Positions 1 to 15,090 of a DNA stretch of 64,000 nucleotides are shown one piece after another. The stretch comes from Kondoa subrosea (Eukaryota). Positions within the stretch are counted from its first letter, which is position 1. Each line of letters starts with the position of its first letter. The translations under genes and the position numbers were made by a program. The DNA lies in NCBI GenBank assembly GCA_039545335.1, contig BCIN01000009.1, positions 62,001-126,000 on the forward strand, in the 5' to 3' direction. The notes beneath the pieces are model-generated. The model saw only the letters and a program-made list of their open reading frames with translations, was not told where the DNA came from and made no database searches.

Positions 1-2233
<2,233 letters not shown>

Positions 2234-2412
2234 GATGAAGGCCTTCGCTACTGCCGCTGCACAGACAGAGCGAGATAGGGTGCGAGAATGGCTGCACGCT
2301 GAAGAAAAACAAATATTGCCTTGTACACAAAGCACCTGTAAGACTCTGTAGAATTCAGCTGAGCTAACTCCGCAAGCGTATTGCGACGTGTTCTATGCTA
2401 TCCTGAGTCAAT

Positions 2413-4448
2413 ATGGCTGACCCAATTTTCATACTCGATAACGGCGCATACAAGATCAAGGCAGGTTGGGCTCACGAAGATGACATCCAGTCGGTTTCGC
2501 TGTGCATATCTGCGCACAATGTCTCAATGCATGCCCTAGAACCTTTCCGAATGGAATCTTTCGCTCAAAGCCAGACAAGAAAACCTATGTCGCTGATCAG
2601 CTCGACCTGGATTGCTCAGATTACTCTGGACTGATCTACAATTTACCTTTTGAGAAGGTGAGTATGCCTTCTAGTTTCTTACAAGTGCTTATGTATCGCT
2701 ATCAGGGAATCTTGACGAATTGGGTTCGTCAGAAATATCGCACATCAGAAGCAGTGGGCTAAAATCATGTATAGGACGTCGAAAAACCAGTCTTCGATAG
2801 AGTTTTTGAATCATGTCAAGTGAGGTCTCTTTCGAATAGGCAGCCTGTAGCTCATCCAAATCATTTTCAGGTCGATCCTGTTTCTTCTTCTCTACTCATT
2901 ACGGAGCCCTGCTTCAATCTACCGAATGTAGCAATGCATTATGATCAGATGATCTTCGAAGAGTACGACTTTGCTTCTTATGCTCGCTGTCCTTGTATGG
3001 TGTCTTTTATTCACTTTGAAATGTCATTTGAGACAACCTTTTAAGCTGCAATGTTTGTACCTTATGGCGATTTACCTGCTTCTGAACAAGATGTGGATGG
3101 TGCATACGATGACGGATCGTTGCCGGAATGCGTTATTGTGGTGGATACCGGTTACAGCTTCACACACATTACGCCGGTACTACGCGGGAAAGTGCAATGG
3201 GCAGCTGTCAGAAGGTGTGTCAAGATCTTTTTAATGCAAGCGTTCTACTTAGCTCCACGGCAGGATCAACATTGGCGGGAAATTGCTCACGAATTACTTA
3301 AAAGAGCAAATCTCTTTTCGACAGTGGTATATGATGGAAGACACTTATATCGTGAATGCAGCTAAAGAGCGCTGTTGTTACGTTACGATGGATCTAGAAC
3401 GAGATCAGAGCATTTGCAAGTGAGATCTTTGCTCTGCCTTTGAACGATGACGATGCCTGATTTCACCTCAAATAGGAATCAGAAATCGAACGATATAGTA
3501 CAAAATTACGTCTTACCTGATTACTCTACTTCCTCAACCAATAGAACAGGCTATGTTCAAAGCTCGGCTCAAGCAGAAGCATCCGGGCCTTCCCTCTCTT
3601 TACGCTCGCCAGAGAGACCCAAGCAGAAAGGAGGATTCGCAGCTGCTAACAAAGTCGACGAAGGAGAAGATCAAGTCTTACAATTGGGTAATGAGAGGTT
3701 TATAGTACCAGAGCTGCTTTTCCAACCTGGTCTTATTGGTAAGCTGCGCGATTTCGCCACGATTGTAACTCGGAATCCTAATGTTGCGTCAGGCATGAAC
3801 CAATGTGGTCTAGCTGAAGCTATCGCCCATTCAATAGCTGCTTTACCTGATGAGTTGCAAGGCATGTTTTGGGCTAACATCACCTTGGTCGGTGGAAATG
3901 CTCTGTTTCCTGGCTTCAAGGACAGACTGCAAGTGATTGGTCCGCTGTTCAGATTCAGGCTGATCATTGGTACAGCCTGCGAGATCTCCGGAGTCTCGCT
4001 CCTTCAGACTATTTTGTCAGTGTACGACTTCCGTCAGAGTAAGTTCATGTCCTATATATGTATTCCGCACGAAGACTGATACGTCATCAGTCCAATCAAT
4101 CACCCTTTCAATTGCATCCGCCATCACCTAAATCTCGAAACTTTACCTTATCCTAAAGCAACAAATATCCGAGAAACGTTTGTCACTCGAGCAGAATACT
4201 TAGAACACGGCAGCAATATCTGTCGAAGAAAGTTCTCTACTGCTCCGTTACCGCCAGATTGGGCACCTCCTGCAGCTATCTTGCGAGAAGCCGATGAAGA
4301 CGATGATACAGAAAGTGTTAGTTCAGGTCATTCGGTGGAAATGGCTCGAAAGAGAGCAAAGAGAGCGCAAGCGGATCGTGGGTTAGGTAGACAGCAGAAG
4401 AAGAAGAGAAAGGATAAGGAAGAGAAAAGCTTCAGGGTAAAGATATGA
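2413..4448 (+). CDS. ARP6: Actin-related protein 6 (SWR1 complex)
   Basis: ILDNGAYKIKAG, LLITEPCFNLP..DQMIFEEY, IVVDTGYSFTHITP, LGNERFIVPELLFQP, FWANITLVGGNALFPGF, FVTRAEYLEHGSNICRRKF. Multi-exon. Confidence 0.93.
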
Positions 4449-4697
4449 AGGCGCGTCATTAAGAAGGCGCTTTGAAGTCTTTGGCGCATGATTGTCAAAG
4501 CTGTCTATACAAAATGTTTTGCTTGTATGCTGTCAATCGATTGAGTTCGCACTATTCTTACCGTGGAGCCAATCAGGTCTGGAATCGGCAGAGCAGTTTC
4601 GCCAAGATTCGATAAGCAGGTTTATTAATTTCTTGCGGTGCCTTCGTCTCAAGCGACGAGTATCGTCTGCTGTCGACTCATACATTCAACCTATCGC

Positions 4698-6196
4698 ATG
4701 GCATTTCAAGCTTTGACGTTTCCTTCAACTGTGCCTCAGGTGCGCTTTCGCTGCGGATTTTCATGAAGAGATTAGGTGATATCAAGTCTTTTTGACTGTA
4801 TAGTGCGGAATTGCAACCTTGAGTTGGACGACAACTGGTCTCAATGTTGTATATCCAGCCCGAGTAGAACTATACTATCAACGTGCGTTCTCCACTCGAC
4901 CCGCAATAAATTCATGCGTGATCGGTCGAATTCAATCAGAGGGCAATGGACCATGGGACACAACGGGTCGTATCTTCGACGTCTACTCAAGTCCTGCAGA
5001 ATTGCAGATCAATGTACCAAGTGGCATGAGTGAGTTTACGGTTCCACATGATCTGCTTGGCATTATCTTCTTACTACGCTTTTTCTTTACAGCTGTGTGG
5101 CCCACCAGTATGCTCCTACTTTCATTTACAAGATTGTGATCATTGCTGATCAGTTCTGGCTAGTTGTGGGAAACGATGGGAGTTACTCCCAGGTGAACGT
5201 CGGCAGTTTGGTCACCTCGAGTAATGATGCATCGTGCTTGACTGTCAAAGGCACTTCGTATGTCTCGTTCCATGATTTTGTGAAAACAATGCTTAGAATA
5301 TTTCAGGACGATCACAATCACCACCACATCACCTCAAATAGCTACACAAACTATTGAACGAACGAATTTGCAAACAGTCACGGAAGAAAAGACAAAAATT
5401 GTTTATGCGACAATCATACCGTCTGCCGATCCTCAGTGCGTATATCTCTGACCAATTCATAAAGTATGATGCTTATTGACCGTTTCAAGTGCTAACGAAG
5501 ATCCTGAATTGCCTTCAGCACTAGCATCTTTATCTCAGTCGTCTACAGTAGCTGCAGGAAGTAATTCAGCCGAAATGGGTTCGCTCCAGCCACAGCAATT
5601 GAACTCGGGCTACAAAACAGCCACTTCTGTTCTAGGCGCCTTCTTTGGTCTGAGTTGCCTCTGCATTCTTTTCTTGCTCTTCGTCTTGCGTCGTACACGT
5701 CGTCGAAGACAAGCTCCGCTTCGACCTCGTTTGGCTCGATTCACCGATGATTCAGTTGGCAGTTTCATGTCCGAGCAAAGTACTTTTGCGCCAACTCTAA
5801 CAACAGCAGGAGGAGGAGGAATAGGAGGCACAGCTTCTTCTAACCCATTCTCTGATCCTCAAGAAGAAGTGGTTGTTCCAACTATCATTCGTTCGCCTAC
5901 ATTAAGATCTTCACTTGGGTTCGAAAGAAGATTATCTGTTCCACCTCAATCACCTGGTCCGGTTTCCGAGCTCTTCTTGGCTGTTCCGCCTAGAATGCAC
6001 GCCGCTGGTGCTGCAGATGATAATTCAGTGAATGAATTGAGTAGAATTGGAACCATCAATTCGGTTGATGAACGGCAAGGGTTGCAAGGGTTATACGTGA
6101 GAAATCATTCACAATTCACAGTATGCTTCTTTCCTACCGTTCCTCTCTCAATAACTGTGCTGACAATGTTATATAGCTGCAATCGACAAATACTGA
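4698..6196 (+). CDS. Single-pass membrane protein with Ser/Thr-rich ectodomain (Mid2/SKG6-like architecture)
   Basis: Multi-exon ORF with a hydrophobic helix (VLGAFFGLSCLCILFLLFVL) followed by the basic stop-transfer RRTRRRR, an S/T-rich region upstream and a low-complexity cytoplasmic tail. End points approximate. Confidence 0.6.
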
Positions 6197-6765
6197 AAGA
6201 TCTCGCTAAATGCTACGAAAGAAAAAGACAAAATGTGCATACAAAGAGGAAAGAGCCGTGGTTCAAAAATGCGCCAAAAAGGTTCCTGTCAATAGTTTGA
6301 ACTTTGGGAATAAAAGGACTTTGAGTATTGTTTGATAGCATTTCTATTCTGATTTAACGAATTCTCCAGTTTAGCATACGGTTGTGTTTAGTAGTATTGT
6401 TAGTAGCATCCATTCATTGAAGTAATATGTTCTGTCGGAAATATTGTGAGCGGTGTTCCTATAGAAATTAGCATCGCATCATTCATGCAAGATTTATGCA
6501 AGTGAGCGGCGAACAATGAGTAAACACAGATAAGCGAGAGACGAAACACGAAGAGGGCATAGCATCCAAATCGTCAGTGATTTAGGATGGTAGACAACCA
6601 TAACAGAACTAAAAGCCCAAGCAATCGCGGAAAAGTGAAAGCGTAAATGAAGTACAATGCAGCAAGTCCGAGCTATACAACATAAGAAGCCTGTGGATAA
6701 AAAATTTCAGCGGATAGTCGGAACGACACTGTGTTAAATTCTCCCACCTAGGTGATGTCCCAAGT

Positions 6766-7897
6766 TCAAGCAGGTCTTTCCGTTCTCGGTACGCTACAAG
6801 ACAGAAATCAGCTCGAGACCGCACATGCATAAAAGCGACGGCTCACCTCCAAGCACAAGCCAAGATGAGATGATCATAAGGCAATCCATTTATCTTCTCC
6901 ATGGCCCTTTCGGCGTCTCTTCGATCTTCGAAACTAACGAAAGCGAAACCTTTGCATAAACCAGTTTCTTGATCTTTTCCCACAAAGATACGATGAATTC
7001 TTCCATGAGTGTTTTTGAATCTTCCAAACAAATCCCACAAATCTTGTTCAACAGTTTCTTCCGACAAGTTTGTTATTCTCAAAGTAGGTAAATCATCACC
7101 ACCTCTTGCACCACCTTTACCAAACATTGTTTCACCTCTTCTGTTTTCAGCACCTGCTCTCATTGAAGGTGGAACGTATTTCCCATCTGTTGTTTTAGCT
7201 CCTGGTGCATTGATATCCGCTGGACCGTTTGAGTCTACTCCTGCGGCTTCATCTTGCATAGCTATACCGCCCAAAGTTTCTTTGTAAGGACAACGTGTAG
7301 TGTAATGATTGCCTTCACAAAGTCGACAGGTGATGCTTCTTGAAGTAAGGGATTGAACCATTTGAGCAGATTCAGTTTTTTCCGGTTCAGCAGCTGCCTG
7401 TTGACCGACAACAATCCTCTATTCAGCACATTCCATGTACAGCAAGGAAGAGAAGGGAGACGGCACCTTCTTATCTACTGACAACTTGACTCTCACATCC
7501 TCACCAACAGTAGTAGTAGTAGCATTATCAGCTCTTGTAGCTAACCCGAATTTCTTGAGTTGCAAACGTGCAGCTACTGCATGATTGACTTGAGTAGTCA
7601 CCAAAGTTCTTTTGATTTTCCTAGTAATCTTGACTTTTTGACCTTTTTCGTTTAATTTGTATTCGACTACTGTTTTTAAACCTGAAACTGGGTCTATAGT
7701 AGTTGTAGGTTCCCCTAGAGTATCTGCGTCCTGTTATCGAGGGAATATTGTGATGAGCTCAAAGGCAAAGAGAGTCCGCGCGAGTGAGTGAACGAACCAC
7801 ATCGTCTGCCCAACTATTGGAACACATAAGGTCAGTCACAAGCCATAGCGATTAGAGGTGTCACGCACTTTGTACGCTTCTCTTGTAAGATTGCCAT
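6766..7897 (-). CDS. TIF35: Eukaryotic translation initiation factor 3 subunit G
   Basis: WADD N-terminus, zinc knuckle CRLCEGNHYTTRCPYK, KYVPPSMR, RRM TLRITNLSE..KGFAFVSF..LPYDHLILACAWS; last exon ends VPRTERPA*. Confidence 0.95.
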
Positions 7898-8083
7898 CGT
7901 TGCTTGAATCCAAGAGTGAGCTGTCCTTTTTACAAGACAGTCACTTAGTCCCTTGACGCCTCTTGTGTCTGCCTCTGCGTGTGCCTGCTATTTGCTAGAA
8001 CTCGTGCCGTGTTATTGGAGAGAAGACCAGGCGAGGAGGACCGACTTGCATAAATTTCTACAAATCGCAAAGTTGATAATTCA

Positions 8084-9034
8084 ATGCAGCAAGTACTCAA
8101 GCGCAGCTCTAGACGGTTACAAAGGACATGTCTATCATGTAAAGCATCAGGTCTGTCTATATTTGCACCCTTCATCGTGCGATTTGTGCTGAATCTGTGT
8201 TGCCTGCTCTCAGCCTATACAACTGAACCCTTGTCCAGTAATGAACCACCAAAAGCGTCTACTTCTTCTTCCCCTTCTTCTCCAGTAAGATCCTCATCAT
8301 CAACAGCTTCTATACTTCACGATCCATCATCTTCAACCATCTCTTCCCATCTCAATTCTCTCTTAGCACCACTCCCTCCTTTACCACCTTCTCTAGCACT
8401 ACGTCTCTCAACTCATAAATCCTATCAAGACAAACGTGGAGGAGGAGGAGGAGGAGGAGGAGGCAATCACAACGCTCGCTATTCTTTCCTAGGTAGAAGA
8501 ACTCTACGTTCCTTCTTAGCTATGTTTCTATTACAACATTCAGATTCCTTACCAAACAAATACATTAAAACTTCTTTGTTGGATTCAGTTTGTGAATTAA
8601 GACAATTAGGAATGAGAACTGGTGATAAATTGAAGTTGGATGAAACTCTTAGATGGACTCAAATTCAAGGTCAAAAAGGAAATGGGTTTTTTACTGTGAG
8701 AGGTTTAGGAGTAGAGAGTTTGATAGGTGGAATGAATGGTTATTACGTGAGTTTTAATTCCTCTGTTGATTTGCAGTTTATGAATTGCTCTCAATAGGGA
8801 ACGGCAAAAACGCAAATGTGGTTTCATTGGAAGATCTTGCCTACTTTGAAATTACCGCCAGAGATTGGTCCAGCTGTACAATCGCTCTCAGCAAAAGAAG
8901 GTCAGCGGTTGTTGGAGCTATCCTCATCGTCATCATCGCGAGCAGGAACAAAAGAGCAAAAGTCCAGTGTAGAAGATAGGTTGTTGATCGATCCGACATG
9001 GGTGGAAGGAGGCCGTCAAGAAGCGAGTATATAA
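8084..9034 (+). CDS. RNase III-like-domain mitochondrial ribosomal protein (mL57/MRPL15-like)
   Basis: Arg-rich presequence, LSTHKSY..HNARYSFLGRR motif, GVESLIGGM..G..A..WFHWKILP typical of the catalytically dead RNase III-like mitoribosomal family. Two introns. Confidence 0.7.
8438..8464 (+). repeat. (GGA)8GGC microsatellite encoding Gly9
   Basis: Read directly; lies within the mL57-like exon. Confidence 0.95.
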
Positions 9035-9096
9035 ATGCTGTGTTGACAAATGCATACCATACAATCAATCATTACCGATGGGTATACCTGCTTGTA

Positions 9097-11882
9097 CTAC
9101 GACAAACGACCTGCTCCAAGCATAGGCGTAGACTCTATCTTATCTCTTGCTAATCGACCAAAAGCCAATTTATGGAAGGTATTAAGGCTAGCAATAAATT
9201 TCACTCCAACCTGTTCAGACACCTCGCTCATAAGCTTATTGATAAGCAAAAGAGCAGGAATTTCCGAACCGGATGAGCCTCGATGCTCAAGAACAAATCC
9301 ACCGTGGCATCCCTTGTGATTTTCGATGGGTGAAACAAACCAAAAGCCAGTGGTAATAATCCACCATTATGAGGAGGTAAATAGCTGAGCAGCTGTGAGA
9401 AAGAGAAACTGCTAATGAGATGGATACTGATCAGCAGCCTCTTCATTCTCACCTCAATGATCTGAACGTCCGTCTTGACTGATTTTGCCAAAGTAGTGAA
9501 AATAGCTTCGACTTCCGCTCGAGGTATATTTCTGCTTATCCTTAGTCGAGCAAGTTGATGTGATAGATCAAATTGTTTCAAGGAAGAAGAAACCAATCGA
9601 TCTTTTGCGTCCTGTTCGTCGATCCCATCTGCACACGATTCATAATCGTTGAAGAAAGGCAGACGAACCTGTCTATAGACTTGATAGCTTCTCGTCATTC
9701 TCCATCCTTCGATCCTACTAGCATTGAAGACCAATTCCCTTCCACCTAAATCAGGTTGCAAAACCGTTCCACTGCCCAACCCATTCGTCGGCGAAAAGTT
9801 AGAAGAAAGCCATCCTAGCGATGTGCTCTTGTATACTTCTTCTTCGTATTTACTTGCTATTCTTAATAAACGCGCAAGGTATTCTTGGAATTTTGCTCGG
9901 ATGACCGTTTCTCCTACATGGGCCGCCATAAGATGATGGATCTGTTCGCACACGATGAAATGAGCACAACAGTGCCAACTTCATCGTAGAGACGAACCTC
10001 TTCCATGAACAACACATCGCTCATGTCTTTCTGCATATCTTTCTGCACTCCTTGACCACTCAAAGCAGGTAGATTCCCATACTTGTTCTCTCCCTTTCCA
10101 TTGATCGAAGTGGAAGGGGGTAGAATCTGATCTTCCCAAGGTGCAACAGAGTTTTGATTCGATCCGGTAGGACTAATTAAAGAAGCCGCTTCTTCTGATC
10201 CGCTATGTATGGACATATTGCTGGATATATTAGATGGAGATGTAGCTCGATTAGATAAGTCGCCAAGTTGAATATCTTTTGATACGGTTATTCGGCCTGT
10301 GTCGATATTGCAAAACACGTCGTAGGATTTCGTGAAAGCCTCAAATCGAGGATTGGTAACTCCAGCAATATATCCAGGTCTATCGCTTTCGTTAGAAACC
10401 AGTCAGATGCAAGAAGATCAAGAAACGCACATAGCTTCGTGATTATCCCGATTGGTCAAATTGGAATAAGGGAAACATCTTTCAGTCAATGTTCGCAATA
10501 GACCAGACCCTCCGCCACTTCCCAAAGCACATGCAGCCAACACGAGATGAGCGACCTGATTTGCCGGTAAAGAGCTGCTGAGGAAGATGATTCTTTTACC
10601 CGTCAACAAAGCATTAAACAGGAGGATAATAGGAGGAGTGAGAGCTCCAGTAGTATGCAAATGAGGATGAAAAGGTGGTGAGAAGGAGTGAGAAGTCTGA
10701 GGGTTATTGAATACTTGTATGAGGTTAATCAGGGAATAATCGCCAACTTCATCGTCTTCTATTCCAACAGGTATCCGAATGGGTAGATTGATTCCGTTGT
10801 AACTTAGCTTGGTGTCGAAGAAATGCGTATCGCGAGGTCGTTGTTTTGGTATTGAATGATGTGAATCAGCCGATTGCATTTCAGGTCTTCGTACAGAGGC
10901 AACAGGATCACCACCAGAAGGTATTCTTGGTCTGACCCATGTTGAAGTAGAGCCAGTCGATCGATCCAATTGACCAGAAGAAGAGGTTTCGAAAGAAGTA
11001 ACAGAACCTTTGCGTGACGATTCAGAGAAAGCTCTGCCTGGTCGAGTCTCGGCGCTATGTTCAGAGACAGGTGGAGAAGGTAAGATAGCTTCCACTGGAT
11101 AGGCGGGCGAGACGGAAGGTGGATCGGAAGATGTGGAAGCGCCCAAGTCAGGAAAGCGGTCTTCGAATAGATCTTTACGCTCGGAGCAGCGTAAGATCAT
11201 TCGTTCCGCATGAGTAAGACGAGGCATATGCGAAAGATCCATAGCTTGCACAGAATTATATAGCGCAGCGAGAACATCGATAGATGGGTTATTGAAATAG
11301 TCTTCCAAAGCGAGAAGAAGCAGGGGCTAACAGTTGCTTATAAGCGTTACATGTTCATAAAGACGCGAAGATATACCTTGTAGATCTGTACATAGGGTTC
11401 AGGCGAACATATAGCGAGCGCTTTGACCAATGCTCCTCTGATAGCGACACATTCTCCCACTTAGAGCAGTCCGCAGATCTCAAGCAGATGTATAGGCCTA
11501 CCTTCTAACCTTCTCATCCTTTTTAGTCCTAACAAGATTGAGCACATAAAGCAATTTGCTTTCCTCTTGAACCCCTTCTGTTGTAGACTGGCTAGTAACC
11601 ATTACACTAGGAGTCTGATTCAACCAAAACAGAGTCCAATCTTCAGCTCTACTGTGAGCTCCATCAGGTAACATGAGTTCCGCCAATAAATGTTGATCAG
11701 CTCCTGTCGCGTTTGGGTATTCATGCTTCAAGATAGAGCCTTCGTCTATATCGAATTCACCCAATAGAACGAAACTCATGGTGTAATCACGAGGCACAAG
11801 AGGTATACACTGCTTAGCTAATCCATGGATGTCGCAAGACAAAAGATGTGAAAGTTGTAGAACGACTAGACAATGTTTGCAT
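9097..11882 (-). CDS. AFI1: Afi1/MesA-like DENN-related polarity protein (Arf3-interacting)
   Basis: FVLLGEFDIDEGSILKHEYP..LLAELMLPDGAH.RAEDWT.F.LN, LYVLNLVRTK, FHPHLHTTGALTPPIILLFNALLTGKRIIF, PGYIAGVTNP. Start may instead be the ATG at 11780. Confidence 0.85.
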
Positions 11883-12205
11883 TAAAAGGCTACATATCAT
11901 ATAAGGGTGTGTAAGTATTCTATGTACAGGGGAGTTTTGCAGCTGTATATGCGATACAAAGTGTTGTAGAAGTAACAGATTACGGGTTTTGGAAGGATGA
12001 TGTCTCGAAGAACAGCATGATTCTGTTGATTACAAGAGTGAGCTGACCGGTCGCGAAAGGAAATACGCAGGTGCTCACAGATAGCGTTGGTTGAGCCAAC
12101 TCTGTCATTGGAAGGAGTCATGTTGTCGACCTTTGCTCCAACAGAGGTCTTGTGCAGGCTAACGATAACAATAAGCTCAGGTCAAGCAAGAAACACATCA
12201 GGAAC

Positions 12206-14045
12206 TTACTCTCCATCAGTAGACTGGTATTTGCCAGAAGATGACCCAGTTGTGGAATCTCTGGAATGAGAGTGAGAGTGACCAGAGCCGAAGACTGAGC
12301 TGCCAAGGTTGAGTTTTTGCATCATCTCTTCAGCAGGGCCGTTGATCTCTCTTTGGCAGTCATTGTTATCCAGCAGACCACTTGTTTCGTGAGTAACCTT
12401 GGAATCGAGCTTGCCTCCTCCTTGCAAGAAGTCGTTTAGAGAAACTGGGGCATGAGTAGAAGACTTGTGGATGATAGGTGCTTCGTGAGTGACGTGGTGA
12501 ACAGGGATAACGCTGTGGAACGAAAGTCAGTTTGAGGCCACAAGTAGAGGTGAGCATTCAGACTCACGTGTGAATCCTGTGACGTTCAACGACTTCTTGT
12601 TCGATAACAGGTTGAGTGACATGGCTACAAGAGAAGAATAAGTCCCTGTCTGCAATGCCGAAAATTAAAACCAAGCTTACTGAACATGGTGGTGGACCTT
12701 TTCGTTGATCTTCTCTCCCAAGTCAACAACAGTGCGTTCCTTAGGTCTGTGACTTTCGGAATCGCGATGTTGAGTAGCCAAAGACTCGAAAAGCTTAACA
12801 TCCTCTGGAGTGGATTGGTGGACTTCGTGGACCTTAGTAGGTGCAATCATGTTCTCAGAAATCTTCTCTGGCAAAATTTGCTTGTCGAGAACTGGCTGAA
12901 CGTGAGTCTGGACGTGGTGACTGGGCAAAATGTCAAAATAAACTCAACAGTGGTACGAACAAAGCTTACATGTGTCTGTCAACTTCGCGTTGACGTTCGA
13001 CTTCCTCAACTTCGACATGGCGAACTTGACGGTGAGTAACATCTGTACAATTTGAACAATGTCAGTGATGAAATCACAGACAGTGCAGAGAGCTTACGTT
13101 GCAGATGCTGGTGATCGTGAGTAGCAAGCTTAGGGTCGAATTCGTGGTGTTCACGGCTGGCGATGTGACCAGCTTCGTGTGGTCCGACTGTGAAAGAACA
13201 AACTTATAAGTCATAATTTAAGAGCGAGAAAGTAGAAGACCCACGACCTGAAGAGCTTGAGCTCAAACGACCATGACCAGTCTTTTCGGTAGCAGCAGGT
13301 ACAGCAGCAGCTCTTGAAGTGTTGTCAGCAACAGGAACGTTTCCAGCAGTGTTTGCACCAGTGTGACCAGTGTGAGTATGAAGAATGTGATCTTGAGCGC
13401 CCTTTGCAGTGTGAGGTACAGATTCTTGAGAAACGACTTCAACAATTGGTCGATCGCCAGTGGTTCCGGCGCCGGATGAAGATTCAGGGTGAGAACCGAC
13501 TAGACCTCTATGAGAACCAATGTTGTCCAATCCTTTGTTGTGGATTCCTTTTGCGTGGTCGTTATTGGCATGAGAAGTGGCAGAACCGACCAAGCCTGGG
13601 CTAGGACCAACGCCAGCTGGTCCATCGTAAGCGCCCATTGTAGAAGGTAAGTGGGTAGCTTCAGTGTTGTAGCCAGTAGTAGAATCGCGGTTGGTGTTGT
13701 TGAGAGTAGAGGAACGAGGTGAAGATTCAGTGGTATTTCTCAAAGGGGCGGTGGTGTTGTTGTTGGAGCCTGAGAGGGATCTGCGGTGACCTTCAGTGTC
13801 GCTAGAAGTGGAAGTAGTAGTGTCGTTTCCAGATCGGGCTAGTTCATCGTTCTTCCTCTTTGCTTCTTCGGCGTATCCAGAAGTGCGGCCTTGGGAGCCA
13901 GTAGAAGCGTGACGGAGATCTCCTCCATCAGTGGCAGACTCATCATGAGAGCTTGATCCGAAACTGCAGTAGTTGAATTAAGACAAGTGATCGACGAGGC
14001 GGAGAAGCAGAGGGAGGTAGCTTACATTTTCTTGATAGAGACCAT
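12206..14045 (-). CDS. Hydrophilic His/Thr-rich protein resembling fungal 'allergen'-annotated stress proteins
   Basis: Exon 1 MVSIKKI splices to FGSSSHDESATDGG. Later exons contain HVQTHVQPVLDKQILPE, VDLGEKINEKVHHHVQHV..PVIEQEVVERHRIHT..VTHEAPIIHKS. Confidence 0.7.
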
Positions 14046-15024
14046 TGTGTGCGGAAGTGCTTGAGTGAAAGTTTAAAACACAAGACTGTTGCAGGAAAAG
14101 AGAAAAGGTGCAAATTATAAAAACGCCCTGCCTGAACATGACATGACATCACGTAAACTTGTCCGGACACTTTTTTCAGTCCAGGCCCCGGATCGTCTTA
14201 TGTCTCTCGCACTGTACTTGCTTTCTTGGGATCAGCGCTATGCTCTCAGGATCACTACGGAGGGAACAAAGGTGTTTCAAGCGACTCCGTCACAACGAGC
14301 TTGCGGAGAAGACCAAATGGTAACGAGATATGTATATAAGGAACGTTAAAAGATAGGCACAAGCCTAAAGTACATGTTAGCTCTTTGTGCTATATATATA
14401 AAAGCAAGGTCCTGGAACTCAACTTAATCGACTTCAAATTGATTATATGAGCGAATAAGCAGAGAATGTGCTCCGTCTTGGCCATGCGACCAGGCAAACT
14501 TAGTACTTTAGCGTGAACGGTTGGTCGGAGTAATAGAAATTGACCAAGAGATGAACTTTCAATGATGACAAAGCTGTCTTGACATGATAAGGCGCTAGTA
14601 ACTAACAATTGGAAATCTTAGGCCAGCCGCATGTAGCTCAAAGGGGCAGGACTGGCATATACAGACGATCAGTCATAAGACATAGTCCGACGCTCTATCA
14701 TTGAATGTTCGCCATGGAAAGGAAAGCAGCTCGGCACAGCATGACAGACACTTTGTCCGGGTCGACGGAATCAAGACGAGAAAAAAGCGCGTGGATATTT
14801 CTGAACTTGCGCTCGCAGGGTTCATGTAGGAGTAACCTTACTACTTGCTCGGAAGCAAAGAGAGAGAAGATCGCGAATGCATTCTAGAGTTCGACAGAAA
14901 TTCTCGAGACATAGCAGCACAAAGATCAAATGCGCGCAGATTCGCTCATGAATTCAAAGCAAGTGACAATGCTGAAGAGCTACCTAGCTTTTGAAGCAAA
15001 CAGTCGGTTGTTCGAGTGTAATCG

Positions 15025-15030
15025 ACGCGT
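15025..15030. promoter_or_regulatory. MCB-like element (ACGCGT) just upstream of CDC45
   Basis: Exact ACGCGT ~60 bp before the CDC45 ATG, with further CGCG cores upstream. MCB boxes are established MBF sites in G1/S replication genes. Confidence 0.4.
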
Positions 15031-15090
15031 CTTCTTCCAAAGTTGTTTTTCGTGTTGCTCTTTGTCTCAAACCATACTACCCTCTCGCAG

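Noticed and set aside
14050..15050. Possible ncRNA (tRNA, snoRNA, riboswitch) in the long intergenic region
   Set aside because: I could not identify a cloverleaf, paired C/D boxes with terminal stem, or aptamer consensus by eye; an Infernal/Rfam scan would be decisive.
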